From Patellaria atrata CBS 101060 (lineage: Eukaryota), in assembly GCA_010093705.1 (NCBI GenBank), contig MU006099.1, positions 186,001-250,000 of the forward strand: a stretch of DNA of 64,000 nt, read 5' to 3'. Every line of letters begins with the position of its first letter. Position 1 is the stretch's first letter. The notes below the pieces were generated by a model that did not search any database, had not been told where the DNA came from, and saw only the letters and a program-made list of their open reading frames with translations. Position numbers and translations under genes: made by a program. This document shows positions 39,132 to 52,773 of the stretch, in pieces.

Positions 39132-41829
39132 TTACTCCGATGCATACCTGCTGCTACCCCTGAGCCTCTTGCCGTACCGATAGAATATGTAGGGGAATCT
39201 GTCCGCATCGCACAGCATTCTTAGCGAGCTGTTCCACCAACCCGTTCGTTGGGTCAGGAAAAGGGTCATACTTACGGCGCCAGCGCCAGAGCCAAGAAGG
39301 CCAATAAGGTCGTAGCCCACTGATACCCCAAGTCTATCAATTTTACACGTCAGTGACCGCCTCTTTGATAATGATGATATCCAGCAGCAAGAGTTTGTCC
39401 GCTGCCTTGGACTCACTGTGGTACATCTGTACTCCAAACAATGGGAACGCCGCGGCGAAACTCGATCGAGCGAAACTGTTTGCAGCCAGAGCGCTTGCTG
39501 CATATACCGGATACTGTACGAATCCATTTGTGTTAGCCAGTCGTCTTGACCCCCTCCGGTTTCGGATCAGTTCCCTTACACAGTCGACTAGAAATGTGAA
39601 GACACCAGAATAGACCAAGATCACCCTGAGAAAGTATATATTAGCGAAGTGTCATTATTGATTTGATGCTGTACTCTTGAACAGCTAGAGATGCCTCGTA
39701 CCCGCAACCAAAGATAGCAGAAAAGATTATAGGAACTAGGTATCGTCAGCCATTACGGTATGTGTGAGTACGATGCTTCAGGGACCATTACCAATCCAAT
39801 GGACCTTCAAGTCAAGTCAGTAGCAGATTCACATTGATAGTGAGGCGCCACAAGGGCGAGGCGGATGACTTACCCAAGAATATGTTGTCCAACCAAACCC
39901 TGCAGCGGTCAAATCAGCATGACGATCCCAATCGTAATGAATTGAGCATGTAGTCTCCGCTACAATACGTACCAAAAAGTCCAATCGGTACCAATATTGC
40001 CCCGTATATAGTAGGCGGGAGGCGGAATTCGGGCTCCGATCCGCCTGGCTCGCCTCCATGCGCCTCCCGCTCCCGCACAAGTCGGGCGTAGTTCCTTTGC
40101 CAGTACGGATCTGTGAATATCCCTGCTAACATCCCCACGAAGATACCTAAGAAGGTTAATCCCGTGTGGGATAAACTGAAACCATGGTTTCCTTGGAAGA
40201 CCAAAGGGAATGCGCCAAAGAACAGATAGAGTATACCAAGCAATACGGCCGATAACAAGCAAAGATTGAGACACTGTGAGTTCCAGGTTAGCTACATTCG
40301 CCTATATGTGATGTACACGTGATCTTTACCATTGGCTCGAAAAATAGCAGCTGGAAAGGTCTGATGCATGACCACAGGACTGTTTTGGCTATAGATTTAT
40401 TCATCCTTTCGATAGGAGCATGCCACGCATCATTCCCAGTCTCCTTTCGCATTTGACGTGCTTTTTTGCGAAGCAGAACAGGGTGGTATGTCTCAGGTAC
40501 GAGCAGAATTATCCCAGCAAGCTGTACTGCAGCCCAGATAATAAGCACATAAAAACTCCATCTCCAGGTGGTGTATTGGTTGATGAATCCTCCGACAAGC
40601 GGACCGATTTCCGGCCTACGTTTACACATCATTAGTCGTAGTCTCATGTTATACAAGAAGTATATGTTCGTAATAAATGTGTGACAAAAGCGGAGAAAGT
40701 TGGCACACAATAAGAGCAGCCCCAGACTTATCTCTTGCCCCTCTTGTTTCTCTTCGTAACATATGAACCAAGGAAAGTGATGAGCTGACTTACCCAACAA
40801 ATGGGCTCGCGGTATACACCATCATAGGTCCAGAGAGTTCGTGCCTCGCAAACATATCACCCATTGTCCCACCTGCCACGCTCAAGAACGCAGCACCGGA
40901 TAAGCCATCAAGGAAGCGAGTTATCAGTATTGTCTCGATATTCTGTGCCACCGCGCAAGGGATTATCCAAATGACAAAGAATATATACGAGTAAATGTAG
41001 ATTGGCCGCCGTCCGTAGAACTAAACATACGAACACCATCCCATCAGTTGCGTTACAGGTGATATGAAGATGATGCAACTGATGCATCCTTAACGTTATA
41101 TTACGTACCTCTGATAATGGTGCTAAAACCATGGGTCCGCATCCCAAGCCCATAACTAAAAACATTAACATGGATATAGCTCATAATTCGTAACGTCGTC
41201 ACTTACCGAACAAGGACAAGCCTAGAGTTGCAACTAATCTTGAAGTATGGAATTCAGGGACGACTTGGCCGTAAATACTCGTATACAAAGACGAAGCACA
41301 TGTCCTATCGAGGTATGTCAATAATAAACCTTGATATCTGTAGTAGAACAACGTCTTCTTTTCCCTGGATATTTCAGACGTGTACTCACACGCATAAAGA
41401 ACTCAAAGAAACTACTACGACTATGGACCATCTCCGTAGTTTACTCATAGACCGCGGGTTCATAGGGTCACTATCTCCATCCCATCCAACCTCGAATTCT
41501 TTCTCGGAACCACGCTCGCATGAGTCTCCTACTCGATCGTCGTCATCTTGCGGAAAATGCGTATAGCCATCCCCACCAGCGTACGATCTTGACGTCCTAG
41601 ATGTCGTGGAGCGTATAGTAGCTGGCCTACTAGCAGTCCTAGTGGCGCCTCCCTCAGGTTTCAATTCTTCGAACTGTTTCATCTGTCCGTTCGGGAATGC
41701 CTGCTTTGCAGGTTCAAGCTCCACCTCTTCATCCCTATCTGTACTTGAGTTATCGTCCTCTGATGAACGCAGCTGTATGTTTCCGTCCTGCTCTTCATTC
41801 TTTTGATATTTTCTTGATGACGTACACAT
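39132..41829 (-). CDS. MFS drug:H+ antiporter (DHA1 family), many introns including micro-exons
   Basis: VGWDGDSDPMNPRSM, GPMVLAPLSE, GPLVGGFI, VPETYHPVLL, PEFRLPP, YPVYAASALAANSFARS, and FPYIFYRYGKRLR...* at 39132. Confidence 0.9.
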
Positions 41830-42949
41830 TGTAATGTCTTTATTCAATTTTGAGGTCAATTGCGTGCATGCAAAAGGTAGATTATATGATTATCTAAATA
41901 GTATAATCGCATTCTGGAATACGAAGAGTTCTATTTTGAAAAACTTACAGTTCAGAAAGGAGTTTACGGTGAAGGCTCGGATATAAGGGAAGAATTGTGA
42001 GTTTGTCATGTCAACCTTACCTCAAGAGTCCAAGCTGCCCTTGTTGATAAAGTAGGTTCTATCGAATCATGGCGGAGGATCCTCAAAGCGAACTCAAAAG
42101 ACGTTAGCAATGAAACTGAAAGTCTCTTATTAATCTTTATAGTGCATCACACGCGTAAAGCAGTGTTGAATAGACGGGAGGGAGGCGGGAGTGTATAGCC
42201 GATGACGTTAAGAACTTCCAACCTAACTGCCGCCGACAATTCGTAAGCATCACGGCAATTCGGATCTAAGACTAACTTCGAACAAACGTCCATCAGTCTC
42301 TGTAGAAGTGGTTCATAAAAAGAACCAGTGAAGTGGAAGAGGAGAATTAGGGATATAGTAAGGCTCTCGATGGTGCAATTTTCGGGGATAGCAAGGATGC
42401 GAACACGCGAATCCGCCGCTCAATAGAAAAGCAAGAGTTTTATCAATTTTTTTGAGAGCTGATCAGCATCGTATCCACAACATGTGTCCCTGAAGCTCGA
42501 AAGTAATTGAGGAAAGGCCCCTAAATTTTCGAAGAATTCGATGAGCATCAAAAAGGTTGAGGCAACAGTCGCATACGACAATATACTCTTCTTCGGACAT
42601 AGCCAGCGACTTACACTGTTGAGTTATCTACAGCTGTCCAGTCTATATGAGCATCACGGTAGAGAATGAAGAGTAGTCATGAATCTAGAATATAGTTCAC
42701 AGTGACTCTAGTGTAAATCCAACATCAATACGCTGAAAACCAATACCTCAGAGCGGAGTAACCCGAAGCGGTCTATTTCTAAGCTAAATTTCGTTGAGAT
42801 GTTCATCCAGATGCCTCGTTATTTCTGCCTACTTTTAAGCTGGTGTAAGAGTAGTTGGATGCATTCTGACGGTGGAGCTCTAAGTTGCTCATTATACCCC
42901 AACTCGTGATCATGATCCGGTCGTCCACAGGAAATACACAACAAAATGT

Positions 42950-44188
42950 CTAGTCGAAGACGATCTTCTTTCCCTGGAATTGTGCAGTCTGTTTTATCTC
43001 CTTTGCTTTCTTCGCCGCTTCCCAGCTCGGATGTAAACGACCCTCGTCGTCTCTTTTTTTGGCCTTTGGTCTCTGCTTCAGAGGTACCACATTGGCACCA
43101 GAACCACCCGGTCGAGCGTGGCCTCTATCTGGACCTTTAACTCTTCTGCGATCACCTTGTTCGATAGCACCACGACGTGGATCCCATCCCTTATCCCTAC
43201 TGCCTCTTGCAGACTGCGGATTTGGTTGTGCCTGCAGATGCTTTGCCTTCTTTCCGTATTTCTTCTCCCAAATCTCTCGTCGCGCCCGTTGGCCACGTCG
43301 ATTTTTACGAGGACCAATATCCATTTCAGAGTCATCTGAGGCTTCTGATTCGGAATTGGATATATAGCCACCTAAAGTAAGAGACGGTAGGAATGTGGAA
43401 CCCCTCGGGGGTGTTGGGGCTGGGGCGTATGCAGATTTTCGTGAAGCTGAAACGGCATATTCTGGCGAAAGTGGCCGTGCTTGAGATAAATTGTCTTCTT
43501 CTGAAGAAGATTCTGAGTCGAAATTCGCAAAAGGCTCGGAGCTTGGACTTGTATCCTGGGAGGGAGCAGGTTCTTGAGTGACCTCTGACTTAAATCCATT
43601 CATTGCAGTTTTCTTTGATTTTACTGTCTCCTTAGATACTGAGGGTTCTTTTATACCTAATATCAGCTTAACCTCAACGAGGATGCGTGCCAGGGCCTCC
43701 TTGACTGGATTCGCGTTGTAGAGCCTCGCAGTGACATTAGCTGTCACAGCATCAGTGGGCGCGGTTTGGACCGACTCCCTGACAAAGGCCGGCAGACCAT
43801 CGGATGATGCTATGCTCTTGATTTTTAGCAGTGTTTTGTACAAGTGCTGCTCAGCAGCAGCGGTCAGGTCGAGCTTCTATGACATTATCCACATTAGCTT
43901 AATTCCAGTACTAGGGTTAATTGTGATTAAACATACTTTTAGAACAAGAATCTCTGCATCCAGTCTTGTAAGAGTGGCACCATCACTCTGCTTCGTAGCA
44001 TCTTTATACCGTCTTCCCAACTTCTGCCGCTCAAAGCCTCGAGCTAGCTTGAGAGCGCGGAACAGTGTCACCTTCCCGCGTTCGAGCTTCTGCTCAAAAA
44101 ACTTCATGCGAGGCCTGACAGGTTGATTCGGCTCTGCATCTTCTTCTGAATGTGAAGTGTAAAGCTCATTGGGCTTTCGTTTTGGCAT
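42950..44188 (-). CDS. BUD22: Bud22/SRFBP1-family ribosome biogenesis protein
   Basis: LFRALKLARGFERQKLGRR, STFLPSLTLGGY, RKNRRGQRARREIWEKKYG, LHPSWEAAKKAKE, FQGKKIVFD. One intron. Confidence 0.9.
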
Positions 44189-44668
44189 TGCAATGTCTGA
44201 AGAGGTTTAACAGACGACTTTGCAGTGGAAAGATTGCGCGAGCGGAATTTGACCGCTCCCGCAAACTTTATCACGTCACCACAAAAGTCAGCAACGATCG
44301 AGGTGCTTTAGGAATTACCTTCAATCGCACTGCACGTATTGAATTTAGACAATACAGTGCAGCCAACTATAAGCTGTAGAGCATCTACGACATAGCTTAC
44401 CTTAGAAAACCGATCTAGAACTGACGTTTGAGGGTCCACAAAGGTTAACGGAGCAGTACTGTACTGTACAGCAGCCGAGGAGTGCTTACCGCGACATGAG
44501 AAGAGACGATGCTTTAATTTCCTATGAATCTCCATAATTCCGCATATCGAAATACACCCCATTACAAACATAATTCTCATTGCTCTATTATTCTATAAGT
44601 TTCGTCTTAAAGTAATATGCCCCTGGTCATATCACAGTCACTCCCTCGTTCCTATCTGTCAGATGCCC

Positions 44669-45401
44669 CTAACTACCCCATTGGTCAAAGGCCCCATCCC
44701 TCTTAACCTCCTCCCACTTCCCTATCTTCGCTTCTTCCTCTCCAAAGTCCCGTAAATATCCATCTTCCTTATACCTCTCGTATGCCTCCCTCCCCAAACT
44801 CCTTTTCGCGACCTCAATGTCGGTTTTAATGTCATCTATCAGACTCTCCTTGGAAACATAGTCGTATTCAGGTCTTATATACCCAAGTATCACTAAGTGG
44901 ATATCCGCACCATAGAAGTCTGCAGCGAACTCGTGGATTATGTGCACTTCCACGGACCGTACGGTATTTTTGTAGAAGGGGTTCCAGCCTATGGACATTA
45001 CCATTGGGTAGATCTGCGGTTCAACGGAAGAGGTTGTAGTTGTCTCATAGGAGATGTCGGAAGCGAGTGGGGGAGAGGTAGAAGGAGGAAGCAGGAGAGC
45101 CGCCCAGCCGTAGTATATCCCGCTTTCGAGGTCGTCATGGCCACCGATGCTGAGGCCGGAAAGGGGAATGTTGGCGGTGGGGATGCCGAGCTACATTAGG
45201 AGATATACAATCAGCTTCAATACTTCAACGGAATTTGCCGTCTCATGGAGGTCAGATTTGATGTCTAGTATAGAAGCATACCTCTTTTGACCCTCGACCA
45301 AATCCCTTTATCACCTGCCCCCCGAACCGAACTGGATATGGCGGCGACGGGCCCGCGTCTGGCCCTACAATGGGCTCGCGGGGGCCTGATGGTGGTGGCA
45401 T
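44669..45401 (-). CDS. FMN1: riboflavin kinase
   Basis: Exon 1 [14 protein letters not shown]...[20 protein letters not shown], then [34 protein letters not shown]. Confidence 0.92.
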
Positions 45402-46511
45402 TAAGACTTAGAGTGAGCGTCGATTAAGGGTATATCTTTTGTACGTCTAAGGGAAAGTGTCTATCTCTCCTGCGCCTGAGGTAGAGGGGTGGTATTACGA
45501 GCGCATGGTGTTGGGGGGGAAGTTTTGTGTTTGTGTACGGTGGGACGGAGACTTGTCTCGTATGACGGTGGATATGCTTAACTGCACGACGTATAAGGGT
45601 GCCGGGCGGGACTGATGGTGGTGGGTGGCTGTTGTGTTCGGTTGTTTCGATGCGAGTTGATGGTGTGGGACGGATAGGCGGGGTGGGATGCGCGGAGAGA
45701 GTTCGGACGGTTTCGGCTGTTTTTATTGGGATCGAAGTTGAACCATCTGGTGCCTCATCTCCACTGCTCATCGTAATCATCAAGAATAAGTCGTTTTGCT
45801 TAGGGAACTCATTGGGTTATTTCTAATTTTCCCTTCTTTATGCGAAACGCATCTCCCTAGACATGATGTAGCATATTCGAGCAGATCCATCAAGTTTCCT
45901 TCAATAGTGCGGCAGTGTGATCTTGCCGCATCTGACAGTTTTATCCGTCATCTATTAACATAGACATGTCTAGTTTCTCCAATGTAGTTCTGAGTCTGCT
46001 CGAAGTATTGCAGAGTAACTCCCTTAATACCTTCAGTAGGTCCTGATGTGTGATTTTCAAAATTATTCCTTACCGTCGTAGTACTTCTAGATTCTGGTGA
46101 ACCAGATTGTACGAATGCCCTGAGGCCGTACAGCTATACACATTTCTTTAAGCTATACCGTGAAATTTCCTCAACTGAACTGTAAAAATGACTCAAGCTG
46201 TACTGTAGAAATGTATTCAAGCTGTACAAATGGCTGCAAGCTGTACGTATGAACACATTAGTTGTACAATCTTCGATAACTAACGATGGACAGATCCGCC
46301 GTTACACCGCTCAGTGTACAGTAATCGTACGGGAGCCGAATATGGCCAGTCATAACAGAATAAGACATATTTTAACAGCAAAGGTAAAGGATAATATTGT
46401 CGAAGGCACTTTTATTCCTGTAATAAACTTTTGTCGAATTGCAAGTTGCAGTTTTCCTCAAGTGCTAATATACAACTTGTAACCTGCAATCTTTTGCGTT
46501 CAAATATGACT

Positions 46512-47482
46512 CTATGTCAACTTGCTGTTGACGAAACGAAGCGCCGCCTGTCCGTAGACATTACCATAACCTTGATGAGTCTGCTGGCTGTTTCCATTGC
46601 AGCAGTACGGATCCGCTGCGTCGCAGTAAGATTGAATCTTAGCAGCCGAGGGGCATTGGAAGCCTTGGGGACGAGGAGCGAACTGGCCATATGTTAGTAT
46701 AACAAACTCTGTGAAGAAGGTCCGTTGGGACGGAGAATACATACCCCAGAAGCTCTGCAAGTACCAACGTTGTATGGCAAGTTGGGAATGTAACGGGGGT
46801 CTCCCATGAAGATTGCAGCTTTGATCATGTTGATTGCTGATGCTTGAATAGGGACAGAAGTGTCCGAGAGACCGATATTACTATCACCTCCGCCACAGAA
46901 CGCATTATCCATGATTTGACCGCCCTATACGTACTTTGTCAGCTCCGAGCAAGGACCACACAGTTCCACTGTATGTAAGAGATCAGACTGCAAAGGCTGC
47001 TTCGACTATACAGGCTAGTCTGTACAAGGGCCTTAAGAGTACAAATCTCGGAAGGCCCATATGCAGCAATCGTACAGCGATCAAGGAGTTCCAATCGTGA
47101 TAATGGAAAGGACGTGTCTTCTTAAACGTACCTGAGAATATCCCACTAGCACGAGTTGCGTTTGTGGGCACCTGGTGTTGAATGCATTCACAGCTCTTGC
47201 GACAGCAGCTGTACCCTGTAGGGCGGAGTTGCCATAGCTGACACCTCCACAATTAGATTGGCCTCCGCATGCTGGGTACTGGATGGCCTCAGCGGTAGCA
47301 CCTGGATGAGCGTTAAGGATCAGATTAACGACCGTACCGGCTGTCCCGTACCCTGGAGGCACAGTTGTCTCGCGAGCGCCGAAGACGTGAATGTTCGGGC
47401 AACCTTGCTGACGCTCCTCAAGGTCAGCTGGAGCTGCGAGGGCGCACCCTAGCAAGAGGAGTGTTGCCGTCGTCAGAAGCAT
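46512..47482 (-). CDS. secreted acetylxylan esterase (CE5, cutinase fold), no CBM
   Basis: Signal peptide, CPNIHVFGARETT, GYSQ|G nucleophile motif split by an intron, MGDPR, SYCDAADPYCCNG, HQGYG. Matches AXE II type. Confidence 0.92.
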
Positions 47483-48276
47483 TGCAGGACAGTATCAATC
47501 AAATGAATTGGATTTGAAAGCGGAGCCGTACAGTATTGTCGCAAGAATCTGAGAGTGAATGAATACTTGATTCGAGCTCTCTACTGGTTGTATGTGCGAC
47601 TGGACACATTTATAGGTAATCTTTATAGGGAGGCAATACATGATGACACTCTGATGGTCCCCTTGGCCCATACAAGCTTTACTGCATCTCTAAGAAGGTC
47701 AAGCTTTCCATGTCTCCGAGGGTGTAATAGCATTTAGCCGCACAAGATCTCCTCAGTCATTATTGTTCTCGGTCATAAGGTGGGTAATCCCTTCCTAGAG
47801 TTGCTAGGTTATGGTCTCGTTTCAAATAGTTGGTTGCGCAATATAGATATATCTCTTACGACGCTAGACCGCACTCGGCAACATTGAAATCTTCTGCCCA
47901 GTAACCCCAGATTTCGTCTAAATCACCCAGGCGCAAGATCAATAATATTTTTTTACCTGGAGATCCTTCATATGAAGGCTCCGATTAAAACCAGGAAAGG
48001 TGGATACGTCAAGCAACAGGGATTCAGGTAAAATGCGGGGAACAACCAGGGATCACAACCGGGAAGCAGAGGGAAAATGTATCTTTTTGACGAGGACAAT
48101 TTATTGTAGAAGTGACCGTCCAAGGAAAATTGAGGTATCTGTCTCGAATGGAAGTACCTTAGTGCTACAGGAATGAAATTTTCCCTTTTGTGAAACTCCA
48201 ACTCACCCCTCAGTATGGTTTCATGGATTTGGCATCATATGAGAGCTACTTACAAGCCATACTCTTAACAAACTCT

Positions 48277-48540
48277 TAACGTGATGCATAGACGCTGTTG
48301 TACTTCATTTCCATCTTCCGTTTTTCGGTCTTCCTCTCAGTGCGTGCATGCCTGAATTTAGCAGTGAACTCCGCTTTGTCCTCTTCCAGGGCAGCACATT
48401 CACCTTCAGCTCGGCAACTTGTTCCCTGAGATTATCTAGCTCATCCTCATTATCCTTCCTCAATTTCTTCATATCCTTCTGAACTGGGACTGTTGACTTG
48501 GTATTCGATCCGTACAGTAAGTCAGAAATTACAAGCATAA
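48277..48540 (-). pseudogene. frameshifted coiled-coil gene remnant
   Basis: KKLRKDNEDELDNLREQVAELK continues in another frame as ECAALEEDKAEFTAKFRHARTERKTEKRKMEMKY. Confidence 0.4.
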
Positions 48541-49554
48541 GGAAAGAGATGTTTTCGTGTCAACGGAAAGTTTTAGGTACTCATGGGTAGTATCGAACGG
48601 CGTAGGTATCGGAATTTAGCCCTTACATACTAAGGATCTCAATTTGGATTTTGAAATATTCATTGGAAAGCGGAGGAGGTTGAAATTGACTTCGCCTAGA
48701 ACTAGTCTGAGGGACGATGACAAAGCATCTTATCCAAGGAATCCCTTTCAGTCACCACCAACACGTCCAAGTCGTCAAATGTTCATTAAACCCAACTCTG
48801 CCATTGAATAGAAGGCTAGATATGCTGTGCAATAATAAAACTAGTGTCAGTCAAGATGCTGATGCTATGGTTTTCTCAAAGGCTTTGTATCTGTCTGAAA
48901 ACTGTTAACTGTAGGAAAGCATCATCACATTCCAAGCCAACTACCATCTCAAAGGAGCCCATAATAATCGCAGGCAAAGGTCTCTGTACAGAAATATTTG
49001 GAAACTAGGTTGCTGGACGTTTTAAGGGTGAGTAGACATGATTCTAAAGTATGAGCGTAGGAGTCGTAATCTCAGTTATCAATAAATCTACCTCGTGACT
49101 CTCCAATTATGTAGTCTTACCTTAGTATACAACATTCTGGCAAGATTTTCTTCTTTAACAAAGTCAAGTCATTGTGTTTGAGAAGTCGAAATATATTGTC
49201 TGTTTTACTGATCTCAGGTCAACTGTGAGAACATCACGTTTATGCATCCGGGTTTAATTTGCTCATTCACTTGATCAATATTCATGTGAGAGTCATTTCC
49301 GTGCAATCTTTCCAAAACCTGGACATCATCAGAAGTCAACATTTCGGTCGCGTCTCTTTATCCACAAAACCTACAAGACTACTCTTTGGTCTTCTCCAAA
49401 TCGTACAGCAGAAAACGGATAACCTCCGAAGATAGCGGACCGTGACGAGTACGAGGCTGATAATCATCGCTCGTAGAACACTCCTTAACAACCGTCACAG
49501 CGCTCTCCAGCAAATTTGACAGAACGTCAGAGTGACAAAGCCCACCAGCGGAAA

Positions 49555-50832
49555 ATGGGCGCTCGACCAAAGCGTGCGAGACCACCTGCAGCATCAAGCA
49601 AGGAGGGACATTCGCAAGGGCATTCGAATGGTGAGTGAAATGAACTAGATCACCCAAAAGTAGCCCTACCACTAAATACTGAGACTCGTTTCGAAGTGAA
49701 CAAAAAGGAACACTCGATCCCACATAAGGACGCGTCCATGGAAGAACTTGACCCTGAATCTTCCAAAGTCGATGAACAACCTCATAGAACGGGAAATGCG
49801 CAAGTACCACGGCGATCCAGATTTAGAGAACTTGGCTTGGAGGAAGATAAGACCAATGAGACTGCGGACGCCGCCACTTCTGATTTCAGGCCAGCATCCG
49901 CCAGCCTGTCAAGTTATATAATGAGAAGTTGGCTAGGAATAACACTGGGATGCTCCGATGTTGGCGAAAATGCGAAAACGGACAATGCGGCGAAGATGTC
50001 CAAGAGGGATCCAGATACCAAACCGGCTAAGAATTCAGAGGTTGAGCGCAAGAAAAATCCAAAGAAGGAGAATAGTGTTCAAGAAGGGCACACGAACGAG
50101 GAACCGAATGTGAATGAGCAGTCTGCTGAAGGTTCCGTACATGTGGACAAAGGTACGGGTAACGACGACTCACTTCCAGCCATTAATTCTCTCGGGCTCA
50201 ATAACGACTTGATCATGGAGGATGAGGAACTCGGCACTGCCATCCGAGCTCAATTTCCAATCCTCCTCAATCTTCTTGCCCTCGCAATATCGGAGGATAC
50301 CGAAGCTATTGAGAAGATCGAAAATGGACTTGCCCAAGAACCAGAAGCTCGACATCATCTTCCTGAGATGCTTCGTCGTTTAGCACTAGCCTTACGTCTT
50401 CGCCTCAGATCCCAACACTCCACGAACCACACTCTCTCAACTGTGCTGTCCGGTCAAACACAGTTGATCGAAGCACTCAAGGCAGAGAATAGCACACTCT
50501 TGAGGACTATCGAGGCTCAAGCCAAGGAAAATAAAGAGCTAATTCGAGCGGCAAACTTGAGCAAAAGCAAGCTTCAGGAGAGCTACGATAAGGAGTTGGA
50601 TGGGGAGAAGCAGAAGTTCTACGATCTGCTTACTATTAGGAATGCCAGGATTCTTAGCCTTGACACGAAGGTCAAGAAGTTGGAGAAGCAGTGGGGGAGA
50701 GTAGAGGCCTTAGAGGCTAGGTTCGAAGAGCTTAAATCGAAGGCGAAGACCTGGGATTCGGGAACTGGGAAGAAGAGGGTCGGGGAAGGTAGTTCCCGTG
50801 TTGACAAAGGAAATAGAAGGGTCCTGGAATAA
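49555..50832 (+). CDS. hypothetical protein, disordered N-terminus and C-terminal coiled coil (start uncertain)
   Basis: 378 aa ORF with heptad-rich C-terminus. Possible upstream exon from ATG 49555 with a GTGAGT donor at 49631. Confidence 0.55.
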
Positions 50833-51404
50833 TGGATACAATGGGGACGGTGGTTTTAGTGCCAAGTGTAATTATATAACCCCTGTAGCCAATGTATTTT
50901 GCTCTCCCATATCACTTCTTTCTATCTATGATTCTTTCCATAAGGCAGTTCTGACGTTACTGTACTCACGAGATCATCAAAGGGGATTCGACTTATACGA
51001 GGACAGCTATAATATGTATAACCTTAGCGGAACCAGCCTTGATATGAGCGTATAGTTAGCACGGATGCCACGATAAGACAGCGGGGCGCTACATGTACGG
51101 TAAGGAGTTCAGGAACGGTATCAGGTACTAAGGAGGAGCATTGTAATGTATTGACCGATCATCTGTGGCCTAGTGCTGTACATTTACAAAATCTTATTTG
51201 AGAGATGCCAGGATTCTTGGTCCCAAACATTCACTGTTCTGCATGAAAACAGTCACGAGACTAACACTCGCCGCTTGATATATAAACCTTCAGTCATTAG
51301 CAACTTGCAAAATATTTCTACCATTGAACATCAAATTATCAAATTTCCGAACCCAACTTCCAGTCCCACAGTTGCCACCGTTCACGTTCAAATCAGCGTT
51401 CAGT

Positions 51405-52166
51405 ATGTTAGATCAAAAGCCTTTGGAGGAATTGCCATGGCAAAAGGCCCTCAATCATCCCAAGTATAGGGAGCTGGAGTTGCAGCTTACACAATGGGTG
51501 AAGGAGACTAAAGCAGGACATAACTTGAGACTTTTCGACTTCATCTCCAAGGCTCTAAGCGACGACGAACTAAAGGATGTACTCGAAAATCTCAGGCGCC
51601 GATTCTCTCTTCAGTTCAAAATGACCTTATCTCCTGCGAAACAATCCATCGACTACAAGGGGATACTTGTCGAAGAACAGCATAGCTCTTTGAAGAAACA
51701 GGGACAGATAAGGAGAGAGTGTATTGGGCATATCAAGACATACATGAAGGCGATAGGTATTCTGGAGAAGATCATCGCAGAGAGCGATAACCAGATCGCA
51801 GGGTTGCAGGAAATCATTGCTGACCTTCAGAAGCGTCTAAAAGCAGCGGAGGAAAGTGCGGGAGACGGGACCATCAGAGACAGAAAATTCAAAGGTTCAG
51901 TGGAAACACGAGAGAGTAGAGTAGAGGCTAAGATCAGCGATTTGCAATCCAGAAACAAGAAGCTTGAAAAGGCGCTTCAGAGCAAGGATGCGAAAATCGT
52001 GATTCTCGAGGCGAAACTCAACGCACAAGAAGAAAAGAGTGTGGCTCCGAAAAGCAAGGGCACAGGAGGAGGTGCGGAAAAGGGCGAGTTCAATCTTGAC
52101 GAGCAGGTGGATGCTTTCTTTGTCATGTCCGATAATATCTTGTCGCATGTTAATGGGCGAAAGTGA
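51405..52166 (+). CDS. hypothetical coiled-coil protein
   Basis: ATG 51405 in the 280 aa open frame, K/E/L heptads, TATATAAA upstream at about 51280. Confidence 0.6.
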   Translation: MLDQKPLEELPWQKALNHPKYRELELQLTQWVKETKAGHNLRLFDFISKALSDDELKDVLENLRRRFSLQFKMTLSPAKQSIDYKGILVEEQHSSLKKQGQIRRECIGHIKTYMKAIGILEKIIAESDNQIAGLQEIIADLQKRLKAAEESAGDGTIRDRKFKGSVETRESRVEAKISDLQSRNKKLEKALQSKDAKIVILEAKLNAQEEKSVAPKSKGTGGGAEKGEFNLDEQVDAFFVMSDNILSHVNGRK

Positions 52167-52641
52167 TGGTTTGGATAGGGCTCACATGCACTGATAAGGA
52201 AACAACAAGCAAGTAGAAACTACAACAAAGTGATGGTTTGCGTATTCTCACACATAGATTGTTGATATTCTTTGAATGTCACTCTCAAGATTTTCCGCGT
52301 AGCTACGTCTAACGGCGTGATTCATATATGAAGGTTGATCATGAACGAGATATGACAAAAGACAACAGTGATAACTAACTAATCCTCATATCCTGATGCC
52401 GCAAGATGATTTGATCACTTAGAAATATTATTGATATACAACCCTTTGCACTAGTATGGCCACCTTTCCCACTGAGTGGGGAACCGTTAAGATGAATATG
52501 GCAAATTCAGGATGCGCCATAGTATCGTCATTACGGTCGATCAGGCTTGTACCCTAATATTCATCAATGTGTAATATAAACCATGCAAACCCAAAACAAC
52601 AAATAGCACACCGCCCTATGACTCCGTGCAATTTTCTTCCT

Positions 52642-52773
52642 TTACATGACAGTGCAGGGAATTATGCAGCACGAGCAGTCGTCTCCGCACCAGCAGGGTA
52701 TTGGTTTCGGCGCCGCTGTAGAGACGGGCTTTGTGATGGATGAGGTTGTCGAAGAGGAAGAAGATTGAGGCAT
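52642..52773 (-). CDS. 43-aa Cys-rich CaaX peptide, copy 1: MPQSSSSSTTSSITKPVSTAAPKPIPCWCGDDCSCCIIPCTVM
   Basis: Translated by hand. A paralog at 59596-59733 shares the C-terminal 11 aa with synonymous codon differences. Confidence 0.85.
   Translation of the reverse strand: MPQSSSSSTTSSITKPVSTAAPKPIPCWCGDDCSCCIIPCTVM

Noticed and set aside
34388..47482. acuK near an acetate-releasing esterase as a functional cluster
   Set aside because: 10 kb apart with housekeeping genes between; AcuK/Ert1 is a global regulator.
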